Shown one piece after another: positions 12,391 through 29,015 of a DNA stretch of 64,000 nt; the first letter of the stretch is position 1, and each line of letters begins with the position of its first letter. The notes beneath the pieces are model-generated. The model saw only the letters and a list, made by a program, of their open reading frames with translations, had not been told where the DNA came from and ran no database searches. A program made the translations under genes and the position numbers. This stretch comes from Eledone cirrhosa (taxonomy: Eukaryota): the NCBI GenBank assembly GCA_964016885.1, contig OZ024742.1:153636001-153700000 (forward strand), written 5' to 3'.

Positions 12391-13308
12391 GGTAAATTTC
12401 TTTAAGCCGTTTGGAAGCCTCCACAATGCAGATGGGTAAATCTCCGGGTAATGCATACATCGCACGTGTATTAAACAGATCCTGATACATCTCAACCACC
12501 AATTACACGTCCATAGGCGGACACTCTCAGAACGGACACATCGACTGTCAATAACTCCCGGCGACTTGCTCCTGAATATCACTAAAGCAATACGAGAAAA
12601 AACGCCTCAAGCGGAAATATGAGTGGATCTTGTCTAAACTCCACAACGAGAACATCGACACTAACGAACAGACGGACCAGAACCACGTGGAAAACAACAA
12701 CTTAACAACCGCCACCGCCGCATCCACCAACACCGAGCCACACCTCAATGATGCGACGCACCTGGTCACCGACCTAACCGGCACTCTCACGAGCGACGAG
12801 CTGAAACTCCTACACCTCGGACCCAAGTTCATCGTCTCACAACGACTCGACGACAGACTCAAACTCAACATCGAGGCCAACTTTTGTCGAGCCGTTTATC
12901 AACTTAAATAGGTGACCGCCATCAACAGCGCCACAGAAAATAACAGCGCCCACGCAACCCACCCCAAGTTCCCCACTTACTACCCCGACAACCCATTCCA
13001 CCCTCCCACCCACAAAACACGAACTCGACACTAAACTCATCAGGCTAAAACACTCCATCTCGGATATACTTCATAAACTCACACACACACGCACAACACA
13101 CAACATCACCAAATCTCAATTCACCACTCTCTCCAACTTAAAATCGAAGAACATCATCTACCTCCCCTCCAACAAGGGAAAAGATTTCTGCGTCATCGGC
13201 AGAGAGGCCTACAACACCCTGGCCCTCCAACACCTTGACGATGACAACCTCTATTCCAACATCACGGTAATCACTCCCGCGCAGATAGAAGAGCACATCA
13301 ACTCCGCC

Positions 13309-14298
13309 TTGACCAACATCTGCGACCGGTGGAAGCTCCCGAAGAAGCTGAGATACAACCTCCTCACGAGGAACAGCAGACTACCCGCCTTCTACCACCT
13401 CGTTAAAACACACAAACAGGGACCCGACCTGAAGATCAGGCCCATTGTATCGAGCGTGGAAGGACCTCTCTACAAAATATCATGGCTCTTAGACAGAATA
13501 CTCAAACCCATCTTAGACACCTTGCCAGGAAACGTTAACAGCCCCGAGGAGGTGTTGAAGCGCCTGCATCAAATGGATCCTGTCACCAGAAAGAATAACA
13601 GATATGCCTTCAGCCTTGATGTAGTCGCTCTCTACACCACGGTACCGGCACTCCCGGCCGTCAATATACTGATGGAACGCATCCAATCCACCGAACTACA
13701 CTGCTTCGGGCTCACCACCACTGACATCCACCAACTCCTATACATCGTCGTCGACAACAACTACTTCGGATTCCTTGACCAAACATACCAACAAACCTCG
13801 GGACTGCCCATGGGAACAAGCCTGTCGGGTGTGCTAGCGATCTCTTACATGGACAGCCTCGAGCGCAGGGCACTCAACGCCTATCACTCCAACGCCGTTG
13901 CCTTTTTCTCAAGGTACGTGGACGATATCCTCATCGTCACATCTTCCCAAAACATGGCGAACAGAATCTATGTGACGTTCAAAAACACGGACGAGAACAT
14001 TGACTTCAGTGTTGAACACCCCAACGACGACGGAACAATTTCCCTCCTCGACTTCCGAATCAACATCATGCAAAAGGGAGGGATCCACTGCAACTTCTAC
14101 CGAAAGGCAGCCTGCAGGGACTTGTTCGTCCACTACAAGTCCGCCCTCCATAACAGTGCCAAAATAGGATACATCACGAACGTGATCGCGCGAATCATAA
14201 ACAGATTCAGCGATCCCGCGTCTGGTATCACTCATACCAAGCGATTTCTCGAGGTACTGGAGACGAACGGTATCCTACCTTGCTCACAGATAATGTAG
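13309..14298 (+). pseudogene. PLE reverse transcriptase core
   Basis: 329-aa open segment: FYHLVKTHK..IRPIVSS..SLDVVALYTTVP..YQQTSGLPMGTSLS..RYVDD..LLDF..FYRK..HYKS. Confidence 0.93.
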
Positions 14299-15239
14299 GA
14301 GACACCAGACATAAGAGACAGATAGGCACCCAAGGCAAGTGCTTCCTTAAAATGCCTCACCTGGGCGAGAATACCACCAACCCTATCCGCAAAGCTATAC
14401 GGAGGGAGGGCCTCGACATCCACCTGGCCCACTCAGGCCCCTCCCTGCGAAAATTCCTCTCCAGGAAACCCGGGAAATCAACTGAGCGTGCTCCCTCAGA
14501 GACTGCCGATGCGCCATGCGAACTGTTGCCTACGCACATACGTTGTGTATAAGATAGAATGTAACAAGTGCAACCAATACTATATAGGTACCGCAAACGG
14601 CTGTTGCACATCCGGATCAAGGAACACACTAAAACCAGGGCCGCGTCTTTCCGGAAACACATAGCCAAATGCGGAACAAAGACGGAAGGCCCATTGTCAC
14701 AATTCTAGCGACAGAAAGAAACGTCGGCACGTCACGTATCAAGGAAGCATTTTGGATCAAACGCGTAGGGCCACAATTAAACAACCGATCTGAGAGAAGC
14801 GAAATGAGGTGGTTGGTTTAAGTTAACAAACGATGCAGTAACACACGTACACACACACAAAAGCGAGACAGCAACACACGCATACACACACACACACACA
14901 CACGGTAGCATTCCACCATACGAACATACTACACTGCTAATACAGAGGAACAAGGCAACAACACAGGCACACATACACACAGACTCAAGCGAGACAACAA
15001 CACACGCACACACACACACAGTAACATTCACCAAACAGGCAGAGAATGGACTGACAGCTAACGCCACCCCACTCCCACAATTGAAAGAACTATTTCGGCC
15101 GCTGCCCTTTGCCTGACCGACACCATTTCACGCGCACGCGCGCTCTGCTGAATACCATCAGATATTTAAAACAACGAACAGCGGAGGACACGTTTTGAAC
15201 CTTTTCCGACAGATAACCTTTTCCTCCGCCGGAAAAAAA

Positions 15240-15276
15240 TCCCAGTTGATGGATGTGAATCCGAAATATATAGGGA
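15240..15276 (+). ncRNA. Decayed minimal hammerhead
   Basis: tccc agttga t ggat-gtga-atcc GAAA tata UA ggga; stems intact, CUGAUGA core mutated. Confidence 0.55.
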
Positions 15277-15929
15277 CAATTATATCTCTCCCAAGGTAAC
15301 TCTTTCTTGTGTTGTTATTTTTATTTTTATCCTTTACCCTCTTTGCTTCATTCCTCTACACGTTACAGTCTTATACACACCACGCATCTCAACGTACACC
15401 AACTTACATCTCTCTCTCCACCACCGGATCTTGTTAACCGGAGATTTACCCATCTGCATTGTCGAGGCTTCCAAACGACTTAAAGAAATTTACCTTATTA
15501 TACCACAATGCTTCAAGCAATCGTCAATTATCTCTTATATATATATACTGTACGTCTGTATACATATATGTATGTACGTATACATACTTATATTTAAGTA
15601 ACAGCCGTATTAAGAGTGGGAATTGAAATTTCGTTTCATGTTTTCCGTTTATCGTTTTCGGTGCACCCGGCTGATTAACCCACTCGATATGCAAATTAGC
15701 CTGCTCAGCCGTTAATATGCATAAGGAAATTATCTACTTTCAGACGTTCAATCATCTGGCAGGAAGATATACGTTTGTGACGATAGCTAATATGCTTGAA
15801 ACTAGTACAGCGTTCCTTTGTCAGTGTTGAACAAACGAGCAACCATGGTTGCTAGACACTGCGGCTTAATACGGGATATTTGTTTACAAACAGACCGAGC
15901 ATTATAATAAATGTTCGGTGAATCCATAC

Positions 15930-15968
<39 letters not shown>

Positions 15969-16109
15969 CATGTATGTATATATATATACATACTACAGTA
16001 CGTATACATACTGATATATATATATACAAAAACACACATATGCAGACAAGTATGTATACATATATATATATGTATATATGTATATATATATATACATATA
16101 TACATATAT

Positions 16110-16292
16110 AATCAGTGCTCCTTTGGGAGCCCCTATATGGAAACACTAGAAGAGGAAGATCAAGGTTAACGTATATTGATGCCCTAAGGACAGACACTGG
16201 TCTGTTGGAGACGCAGGACATGGCAGCGATAATGAGGGACAGAGACCGCTGGAGAGAACTCACCATGTATCTCGGGAATTTTACCCGCCTTA
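16110..16292 (+). mobile_element. RTE-like LINE 3' end
   Basis: [29 protein letters not shown]; same family as 46788-47150; both end ..tttacccgcc then (TA)n. Confidence 0.75.
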
Positions 16293-16294
16293 GA

Positions 16295-16389
<95 letters not shown>

Positions 16390-16390
16390 G

Positions 16391-16487
<97 letters not shown>

Positions 16488-16922
16488 ATAATACATTTGA
16501 AGACTAACATCCGAAGAGAGCTAGATAAATGTAAATATATATCAAATATATAAGAACCGTAGTGCAAATGTATATTAAAATAACAGATTAGAGTGTAATC
16601 AAAGAATCGCTGCTTTCACCGTTAACGGGATCTTCTGAAACTAACAAATCAATCTGTGAACGCAGAAGTGAATATTTGAAAAAACTTTGCAACCGGAGGA
16701 AGACAGGAAGACTATACTTTGGTTCGTAGAAACGTTCCCTGGCAAAGAACGGGAAAAACGAATATAATACGTCATTAATAGGAGCGGTGAAAAACAATTA
16801 CACGCAAGGACAAAACCACGTTTATGGTATAAAAGAAGCCGTGGACTAATATTCTCTTTGGTAGTTCACAAAGACGTTCTCTGGGCATGAAGAAATATAT
16901 ATATATATATATATACATATAT

Positions 16923-16999
<77 letters not shown>

Positions 17000-17010
17000 T
17001 ATATATACTA

Positions 17011-18332
<1,322 letters not shown>

Positions 18333-18589
18333 TACATAAACGATATACGAATTACGGCACAAGGTTAAGATATAACAAATATTTCATTTTGTAAATCAAA
18401 TAGTTTACATACATACACACACATATATTTAGACATACATACTTACATGCATGTAACGTACATACATAAGTACATACATACATACATATATGCACACACA
18501 CTTACATGCATGCATGCATAGTTACATACATATACAGACTTTATACACGCGAAAGCAAACAAAGAGGATGGCGACAAAAGTATATTGCA

Positions 18590-18800
18590 TCTCAAGTTCC
18601 ATATATTTTAGATCTATACACAACAAGACAGATGGCTTCTTAATAATGGCGCAAGACCAAAGACTTTTCACAATAAATTACATTATAGATTAGTACGCAA
18701 TATAATTAAGATCTGTATTGACTGCCAGTATTGGTTACGCGTTTGATTCCAAGAAATAATTGATATAAACTTCTCTATACTTACTCTGTCATCGCTGTAA
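18590..18800 (+). mobile_element. Highly decayed R4-like (RLE) LINE fragment
   Basis: KTDGFLIMAQDQRLFTINY resembles the TEGFxxAAQDQ motif preceding the C-terminal CCHC of R4-type elements. Confidence 0.45.
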
Positions 18801-21449
18801 ACTAATGCGGAAGCCAGTAGAATATAATTGCCTTTTTATATCTGCAACACTACAATTTGTCCCTTGTTTAAAATTGTCTTGAAAACCAGTGGTGCGAGAA
18901 TACTGAAAGAGAATAGCGGCTGTGTCATTAACAATGAAAAGAAAAATAAGAAAATCTAACAGGACATCACTAGAAACACATTAACGGACCCTTAGCTAAC
19001 TGGGACATTAATATTATAATGGAGGAAAATTGAAGGGAGATATAGAGAGGTGGAATCAGAAGACAGTGACAGATTGAGAGAATCAGTGGGAGAGAGAGAA
19101 AGCGAGACGAGGAGGTTTGTGAGGGAGAATATATGAAAGCTTAATCTAAGGAAAGAAGCAGTAACACAAAATTAATCTCCAGAAATACATACAGAGAAGA
19201 ACACTTTGATTGACAATAAGTATGTTTACATAGAAGCATACATATCTCCATACATATATATATAGTGAGAGATAGATAGATATAGATAGTGGATAGATAG
19301 ATATAGATAGATAGATAGATAGATACATACACTCACAAAAACATATGAATTTATATATGTGCTTCTGAATGTATGCATATATATATGTGTGTGTGTGTGT
19401 GTATGTATATATATATAAATGTTTATTTATATATACATATATATATATATATGTAAATGAAAAGTATAGACATTATTGTAGCAAGAAGCCAACAGTATTC
19501 CATAATATATATGTATATATATATAAATTTATACATGCACACATACGCACATACACACACACACTCACACAATCATATATACACACACACACACACACTC
19601 ACACAAGAACATACACACACACATACTCGCACACACATATATATATTATACTGTTTGTTATAGCTATATACTAACTAATCGATTACATTTCGATTTTTCG
19701 GGGCCTAAATACAGAATGTCTGGTAAGCTGTTAGAGCATGATAGAAGATTGATTTCGTGTGCAATCATAATTATTATTCAAACTCATTTTGATATGTCTG
19801 CAAAAGTTTAAATTTTCCTGTGTGCGTACGACAAAGACTTTTATCTAAAAGGCTATGTGAAACTACAGTGCACCTCACACAGAGGATTTCAAATGAAAGT
19901 CTCCATCTATGTAGATATATATCTATGTATGCATGTGCGGTTTCGCGCCCGAGTGCGTGGCTAGTCCACCGAGTGAGATACCCTTAATACGTTTTACGAC
20001 ATCACTGATGTAAAACATGATGATCCGTTCTTCATTGTGAATACATTTCAATATTTCTCAGTACAAAAAAAAGCTTGAAGTACAGGATTCATTTGATTTA
20101 CACGACTCTCAGGTGTACTGCGTAAACATGGGGTTTCTGATTTTCTTTCGCTGCAGTATATGTATAAAGGAATGTCAGTCCTTGAAAGGGCTAAACATTT
20201 AAGTCTATGCCACCCTTGTATGAAAAACAGATCAAGGGATGGAAATTCTCGAAACTGAGATGCAGCTGCTGTATGCATATATGCCTGTATGTATGTATTT
20301 ATGTATGTATGTATATGAAAACAACCGTCAGTTGCGGGTTGCTGGACAGTTTAGATATTGGCAAACTTTGTTTAATCTACCTCTCTAAATATTTCATGCT
20401 AGCAGGTGAGCTATTCCCCTATAAAGAGATTCTTAATCACCTGGCCTTCTTCTAAATCCCACCATTGTCAACTCCAAAGTGGCCAATATCCAAAGCCATC
20501 TACATACGGGTGAACAAATACTTTTTCCAGCTTGTCAGGTTTGTATGCTACATTGCGTTTTAATTGCACTCGGTCGGACTTTTCGATATCACTAATACCT
20601 TTCCTACAGCTTAAATCGTTCCTGTGCGTACATTTGTTAGATTGGATAAAGCATTGTTTGCGCATGGCGAAATCCACTTTTCAGCACAATGAGCTAAAAA
20701 TAATAGTGGCCCAAAAAATGTTGTGACGACCAGAAACCAACTGCTTTTCTAGTGTTATAGAGACGTTTGCCTTCTCCTAGATGGATGTCCTGATAAAAGA
20801 CAGCGGTCTGTCTATACCCAGTATAGAATTAGACATGTATACGCTAGTAGAGGTACGTTGACTTTCACAGTGTGTCCTAAACATCACCCTCCTCACGATG
20901 CAAGCTAATCTGGCTAACCGTGTGACCATGTGACATATTGTATTGGATTATATACTGCCAGTAGCGCTCGAGAGAGACCTGACATGTCCAAGTTTCGTGA
21001 CTTTAGATAACACCTGGTACGAATACTGAATTTGAAATAGCGAGATTGTCTTTTACTTCTAATCCCTTTGCCAGAGGGACAAATGCTGAGAAGGAAGCAC
21101 TAATTCACCAGCCCTTCAAACATTTCCATTTATTTCAGCCTCCTGCTTTTTTTCTCGATTGAGACAACGATATACTTTTCCAACTCCTTCAGTGCAACTC
21201 CACTGGCAGTTAAAGCACCCGGCGCAGGATCCCTTGAGTAGACGAACGTTTCAGTCTTCATAGCTCTGAATTTCCTAGCTGCTGTACAGCACTCGCCAAC
21301 AAACTAGCAAACACCTCTTGGCAATACACCAACGATATATAAAAAAATTGCCAGGTCGTGCTGCGGCCGAGTCAATATTCATATATCTCTTTGCCAGGTT
21401 TTTAGCATATACTTTACCGGTGAGGTTTAACAAATACTCGCCGAATAGA

Positions 21450-22250
21450 AGAGAACCCAAGTCACGTTCTTGATAATCAACTATCTAACAGAATAAATTA
21501 TTTGCTGATCTGTAGCTTGATTCCGCTTAATTCTAAGGTCACTCCACTTCATAACTTTGGATGCCTTTAATGTCTCTTCTGCAAGAAGGAGGATATACAT
21601 CCAAGCCTAGTTCGTAAGCCTTTTTCATTACTCTTTGGCATCTTGATTGAACCAATGGATCACACCAAACCACCTGGTATCACACCAAACCACTTTCAGC
21701 GACACCATTTATAAGCTGAAATAGAAACTTCCGAGCTAAACATTCACCATTTCGATTGAATGTCCTACGTTTGCCCAGGGAATACTCTGAATTGGAATGC
21801 AATAGTATCGACATACCTGGTTCTCACTTTCTTATCCAACACTAATTCCCATATTATCATGTAGGTCGACCAGAACCTTGCAGTTGCGGGGGATTTCTTG
21901 TAACGTGTTTTGTCTTAAAATCAGGCTGACGAAAACAAACGTTATTTTCACATCGACTCCAAGTTACCCCAATCTGAAACCAAATTGCTGACACATTTGT
22001 TTACCTGGGCAGCATATTGTCGGAAGATGGTTAAAAAAATGCTGAAATACATTAACGCATTAAGATAGTTTCTGAAGCATTTTGTAAACGCGTAATGAGA
22101 AAAGTTGTAGCATCACTAACAAAACTAAGGTTTCTGTTTACAGAGTGTGCATATTAAGTGCCGTGTAGCACTCTTTCAAAACAAGGTCAGTACATTGTAG
22201 GCAACTAAGATTGCTTGAACGCTTTTTAAAATAAGCTTGAGACGTATACT
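21450..22250 (+). mobile_element. Decayed RTE/BovB-like RT remnant
   Basis: LFAD.. and DTFVYLGSILSEDG..AEIH.RIKIVSEAF...TKVSVYRVCILSA, with stops and shifts. Confidence 0.55.
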
Positions 22251-22257
22251 TAAGATA

Positions 22258-22449
22258 ATTGTTCCTACTTTTGGCACAAGGCCGGCAATTATCCCCGTGC
22301 ATTACCGGTACTTTATTTTTATCGACCCCGTAAGGATGAAAGGAAAAGTTAACCTCGGCGGGATTTGAACTCAGATCGTAAAGAGCCGTAACTCTATGCT
22401 GCAAAGCATGGCGTCCGACCCTCTACCGATACTGCCAATCCGACCCTCC
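22258..22449 (-). mobile_element. tRNA-derived SINE
   Basis: A-box-like tggcagtatcggt, B-box gagttcaaatc, core gccgaggttaacttt..tttcatccttacggggtcgataaaataaagtacc; five copies in the window. Confidence 0.88.
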
Positions 22450-23131
22450 ATATAATTAAGAAAATGTGACAAAATAATACACCTGGAACGCAAATACCTA
22501 TAACACTGCATACATATGCATTGGATTTGTTACCAAATCCTTTCAAATATGTTAGCCAGGCCATACTTCTCGTTTAGAAGATGATAGACTCCCATATGAC
22601 ATATTTTGAAATCAGATGGCCTGCGGAAAACGCTAGCACCATAAACCAAGAAAACGATACAAAAAATGCAGAAAATGCAGCCGTAGGCGAATTGCACGTT
22701 TCATGGAGAGCTGACTGGTAGAGAAATGAGGGTGAAGGAGAGAATAGTTAAAGAGTGATGGGTCAAAATATGAACCACAATGTGATTATAGGAAGTTGGA
22801 GCCGTGAAATATGTGGGCCTGTACCACTCTCTAAATCTTGGTCTGTTACACGTTTAAAATGCTTCCAGGTTTAGAAGAGTGAAAATGTGTGGTTTAGAGA
22901 GCAGTCTAAAATGCAATTCCTCGTATCAGAAAACACATACAGCTGATATTAAAAAAACTGATTAAATCAATCAGAAGGCATATGTGTTTCTATCATGGTG
23001 GATGGTATCAATGTATGTGGTCAGCTGGACTGAAACGCCACCTGCAATTCACAACGGGACGGTTGGGGGTGAGTATGTGGATGCGATTACACAAGGAAAC
23101 GGTAATTATCTGCAAATATTGAGCATTCACC

Positions 23132-23167
<36 letters not shown>

Positions 23168-23170
23168 ATG

Positions 23171-23257
<87 letters not shown>

Positions 23258-23261
23258 GCAT

Positions 23262-23450
23262 ATCCAGGGAGTGTAACTTGGAGTTACTGTAGGTTCACTC
23301 GGGTGAACACTCGATGTTTAGGTTCACTTCAGTGTTGAGGTGTACTTCAGATTACAGATAGAACCTTGAGCTGATCAGTGCCGAAACGCGCTCACCAACC
23401 AATAAATATGTAATAAAGGCGTTACCAATCGTCCTTGTTATCTTTCCACT
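23262..23450 (+). repeat. Solo pLTR-like remnant with decayed hammerhead (23367-23394)
   Basis: tgag CUGAUCA gtgcc GAAA cgcg ctca followed by two aataaa; between microsatellites. Confidence 0.45.
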
Positions 23451-23466
23451 ATATATATATATACAG

Positions 23467-23593
<127 letters not shown>

Positions 23594-24192
23594 GGTGATT
23601 GCAACAAAATATCCCTATTGAAAATTAGTTTTTTGGTTTACTGTGACCACATGGGACAACACCAATCATTTCATGTTCATGGAAGATGGCATGTCTCTAC
23701 GCACAAGTAATACTGATCAGAATTACTTACAGTATCCATACGTAGTAGATTCTTGAATTTTGCTGCGCACCGATATATTAATTGGTGTATGAATCGTTTT
23801 GAAATTGACCATGAATATTAGTACATTATGTAACATTTTCATTTGAAATTATGTATCTTCTCCTACATTAATTTCCTCCCAAAATGTCTATAAATGTATA
23901 TAAGATATTCAAGGATAAAACGGGCTTATATGCTTGATGGGCAGTGTCGGCAACTATCGTACTAATAGTGCCTGTCTCATTTCACTCATATTGCATTTCC
24001 ACATTAATATATAGTAAATATATAGGAAATTTATAGGAAATGTATAAAAATAAATAGGAAAGGTGACACAATACTATTCCCGATATACATATTCCGAAAT
24101 CGAATGGATGAAAATTAAATTTGACCTGGGTGATGTAGAAATGATAATGGGAAAACAGATTGAACTACATACTTAAACACGATTTCTTACGG

Positions 24193-24411
24193 GAAATTTG
24201 AATTTCTACAAATCCATCGTCTTCATGACACAATAGAGTGAATAAAAGAAAATAATACTGTTAGAATGCTGTACACTCTTGAATGGTGTCTGCAAACATA
24301 ATCTAATCCGTCTAATCTAATATTGACCATCATATTTACAAGGCACATCCAATCGCCAATAGTATAATTGGTATCATTTCACAGTACTGAAATAGATTTC
24401 AATAGATTTCA

Positions 24412-24413
<2 letters not shown>
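24193..24413. repeat. Dispersed ~220-bp repeat (second copy 36390-36610)
   Basis: Near-identical direct copies, both ending aatagatttcacc + (TA)n. Confidence 0.9.
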
Positions 24414-24467
<54 letters not shown>

Positions 24468-24712
24468 ATATATATATATATAATGTATATATATATAATG
24501 TATAGAATTCACAAGAATCAAAGTGAATTCTATATAACTGCTCTGTAGAACAACTGATGTTATTACATTGAGCTATTTATCTTACTGGTAATAAGGTAGT
24601 AATAAATTACTGACCTTCACTCTTTAGGGTTTAAAATATATATAACTATAAAAGGTTTTAGTATATACATAAGCATAAATAGTATCCTTCATATTATATT
24701 TAATGTTTATAC

Positions 24713-24743
<31 letters not shown>

Positions 24744-24868
24744 GGAGGTGAGTTTTATTGTAGTACAATAAAGCAATGCAGATATCGGATAAGAAGCACT
24801 CTACAGTTTGTAGGACTGGAGTATACATCATATATAAGATCAAAAGATGGTTAAAGGAGTTCCATGTA

Positions 24869-24935
24869 TTTTATTATGCGCATTTCAAAAACAAACATCA
24901 TCATGCAATAATATTTGTGTTTTCATCAGATAAAA
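24869..24935 (-). ncRNA. Minimal type I hammerhead (left arm)
   Basis: Mirror of 28782-28848 with a few stem II mismatches. Confidence 0.8.
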
Positions 24936-27900
24936 CAGGAGGACATGATATGAAGGCTAAAAAACACTTGTGGATAGTGCAGTTTTAAATCAACATATGA
25001 AAAGTAATTTTAGAGTGATGTGTGATATTGGGAAAAATATTTTATTTAGAGAGGGGTGGTGGAAAGGATGAAAAAAGGGGAGGAGATGAGAGTGAAGGTG
25101 GAGAGGGAGAGATGGGTGATAGAGAGAAAGAGATAGTTTTTATAACTGAGAAAAGATATATTGTTTTACATAGAGAGGTTGAAAACCGTTGCAAGATAAT
25201 GTATAAATTAAAAGAATTTGAAAATTAACGAAGGGAAAAATATGTACGAGGAAGGAGAGGGAGTTAATATGTATTGAGATTAAAAAGTTTGATGATAGAG
25301 AGAAAAAAATAATAATTGCGGATGAATATTCTAACGTCAAAAAAATGTGTGTATGTTTACAAGTATTATGGCAATTTCAAAATTAACGAAGAGAAAAAAT
25401 TATTACGGTTTGTGTATTGAAGGATTTGAGAAAAATAATGTGAAGTTAAGGTTTGTATATTGAAGGAATTGATAATATGTGCGAAGAAAGAGTTAATATG
25501 TATTAAGAATGAGTTAGATGATGGGGAGAAAAAATAATAAATTAAGGATGAATAATCTAGCGTCAAAAAAATGTGTACGAAGAAGGAGAGGGAGTTAATA
25601 TGTATTGAGATTAAAAAGTTTGATGATGGAGAGAAAAAAATAATAATTGCGGATGAATATTCTAACGTCAAAATAAATTGTGTGTATGTTTACAAGTATT
25701 ATGGAAATTTGAAAATTAACGAAGAGAAAAAATTATTAAGGTTTGTGTATTGAAGGATTTGAGAAAAATAATGTGAAGTTAAGGTTTGTATATTGAATGA
25801 ATTGATAATATGTGCGAAGAAAGAGTTAATATGTATTAAAAAATTATTAAGGTTTGTGTATTGAAGGATTTGAGAAAAATAATGTGAAGTAAAGGTTTGT
25901 ATATTGAAGGAATTGATAATATGTGCGAAGAAAGAGTTAACATGTATTAAGAATGAGTTAGATGATGGAGAGAAAAAAATAATAAATTAAGGATGAATAA
26001 TCTAGCGTCAAAAAAACAAATGTATATGTTATGAAGGATTTTACAAGGTGAAGATAGACTGAGGGTATGAGTAAACAAGTATTATAGAGTGTATGATGGA
26101 CTCTTTACTATCATAAATTGCAATATAGTTAACCTTAATATTATTAAGAACAATATACGTAATCTCTTTAACCAATATAACCTAAAAATTGAATTTGATA
26201 ACAGTATCAAACTAGCTAATTTCTTGGATGTATCTCTTAATCTTGACACTGGCCTATATTACCCTTACCATAAAAACAATGAGAACCTAAATTATGTTAA
26301 CTTTAAATCTAACCATCCTACCAATATCAAGAATGCTATAGTTAGTAATATTGGAAAAAGAATATCTAACATATATTCTAATAAAAACATCTTTGATGCT
26401 AACGCCAATTAATATAATAACGCACTTTCTAAAGCCGGCTATCCTGATAAAATCAAATATAGTAAAGAAACAAATTCTAGAAAAACTTACAGTAGAATAA
26501 TTAATCATGATCATTCCAATAACTTTAATAAAAGACCTAGATACAAAAACATAATCTGGTATAATGCTCCTTTCTCCATCTCTATTAATAACAATATTCC
26601 TAAATTATTCTTTAGTGCCTTAAATAAATGCTTCCCTCCCTCACATATCTATAGTAAAATATTTAACAAACACACCATAAAATTTTCTTATTCTACATCC
26701 TCCAATATTTCCACCATTATCTCTAAACACAACAATAAAATACTAAATACTAAATCTCTTCCTTCCAACACTGAATTTCATAATAACAGTAATAGTACTC
26801 CCGACGTCATTGTAAACCCTAGGCTAATTTCTGTAAACCCACATACAACGTCAAACACAACTTCGCTAAATGTTCATAATCCAACTCTAAATCAAGAAAC
26901 TATTATTCCTATCGCAAACAACTTCTCCAATCCAATTCCTTCTATCGATAACACTAGGTCACTCATTAATAATCTCTCTAATTGCAACTGCCGCATTAAA
27001 AATAAATGTCCTCTCAACAACCATTGTCTTGATAAAAACATAATTTATGAATGTAAAGTTATAACTAGCACCAATTCCTTCACATATTTTGGCTCCACTT
27101 CCACCTCTTTTAAAGCTCGTCTCTATAATCATCATTCATCTTTTAAATACAAACTTAAAAGAACCAACACGGCTCTCTCAGAACTCATATGGTCCTTGAA
27201 AGACAAACACATTAAATATACCATCTTTTGGAAAAAGGTTTCTTCTGCGTCCTCATACTTGAACAGCTCTCTATCTAAAATCTGTAATCTCTGCCTAAAT
27301 GAAAAATTACCATTATCTCTAATCTAGAATCTATAATAAATAGACGTACAGATTTGTTTTCTATCTGCTTGCATAAATTCCATAGGACTTTTCACAAAGT
27401 ATACAGCTAATATTCAATTCTTTATCAATTTAGAATCTTTTCTCAAAGGCACATATACATACACCTCTTTTAAAATATACCCATCTTCCTACCTTACTTC
27501 AAAGGGTATTATACACTCTATAATACTTGTTTACTCATTACCCTCATTCTATCTTCACCTTGTAAAATCCTTCATAACATATACATTTGTTTTTTTGTGG
27601 CTAGATTATTCATCCTTAATTTATAATTTTTTCTCCCCATCATCTAACTCATTCTTAATACATATTAACTCTTTCTTCGCACATATTATCAATTCCTTCA
27701 ATATACAAACCTTAACTTCACATTATTTTTCTCAAATCCTTCAATACACAAACCTTAATAATTGTTTAATACATATTAACTCTTTCTTCGCACATATTAT
27801 CAATTCCTTCAATATACAAACCTTAACTTCACATTATTTTTCTCAAATCCTTCAATACACAAACCTTAATAATTTTTTCTCTTCGTTAATTTTCAAATTT

Positions 27901-28781
27901 CCATAATACTTGTAAACATACACACACTTTTTTTTGACGTTAGAATATTCATCCGCAATTATTATTTTTTTCTCTCCATCATCAAACTTTTTAATCTCAA
28001 TACATATTAACTCCCTCTCCTTCTTCGTACACATTTTTTTGACGCTAGATTATTCATCCTTAATTTATTATTTTTTTCTCCCCATCATCTAACTCATTCT
28101 TAATACATATTAACTCTTTCTTCGCACATATTATCAATTCCTTCAATATACAAACCTTAACTTCACATTATTTTTCTCAAATCCTTCAATACACAAACCT
28201 TAATAATTGTTTAATACATATTAACTCTTTCTTCGCACATATTATCAATTCCTTCAATATACAAACCTTAACTTCACATTATTTTTCTCAAATCCTTCTA
28301 TACACAAACCTTAATAAATTTTTCTCTTCGTTAATTTTGAAATTGCCATAATACTTGTAAACATACACACATTTTTTTGACGTTAGAATATTCATCCGCA
28401 ATTATTATTTTTTTCTCTCTATCATCAAACTTTTTAATCTCAATACATATTAACTCCCTCTCCTTCCACGTACATATTTTTCCCTTCGTTAATTTTCAAA
28501 TTCTTTTAATTCATACATTATCTTCCAACGGTTTTCAACCTCTCTATATAAAACAATATATCTTTTCTCAGTTATAAAAACTATCTCTTTCTCTCTATCA
28601 CCCATCTCACCCTCTCCACCTTCACTCTCATCTCCTCCCCTTTTTTCATCCTTTCCACCCCCCCTCTCTAAATAAAATATTTTTCCCAATATCACACATC
28701 ACTCTAAAATTACTTTTCATATGTTGATTTAAAACTGCACTATCCACAAGTGTTTATTAGCCTTCATATCATGTCCTCCTG

Positions 28782-28848
28782 TTTTATCTGATGAAAACAC
28801 AAATATTATTGCATGATAATGTTTGTGTTTGAAATGCGCATAATAAAA
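28782..28848 (+). ncRNA. Minimal type I hammerhead, fully consensus
   Basis: ttttat CUGAUGA aaacacaaatattat-tgcatg-ataatgtttgtgttt GAAA tgcgca UA ataaaa: 6-bp stem I, 15-bp stem II, palindromic tgcgca. Confidence 0.9.
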
Positions 28849-28880
28849 TACATGGAACTCCTTTAACCATCTTTTGATCT

Positions 28881-29015
<135 letters not shown>

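Larger units (their letters stand above)
12391..15494 (+). mobile_element. Near-full-length Penelope/Poseidon-like PLE with inverted 57-bp terminal segment
   Basis: RT (NKG, IRPIVS, SLDVVALYT, GLPMG, YVDD) and GIY-YIG (VYKIECNKCNQYYIG..LHIRIKEH..RIKEAFWI..PQLNNR) in frameshifted pieces. 12391-12447 is the inverse of 15438-15494. Confidence 0.92.

Noticed and set aside
16605-16640. Minus-strand cagaaga-tcccgttaacggt-gaaa as a hammerhead
   Set aside because: Core mutated and no convincing stem I or UH site.
22258-22449. tRNA gene
   Set aside because: A/B boxes only, no cloverleaf; part of a SINE with body and tail.
25200-26000. Tandem repeats as a CRISPR-like array
   Set aside because: No unique spacers, units of 110-310 bp, eukaryotic context; a minisatellite within a pLTR.
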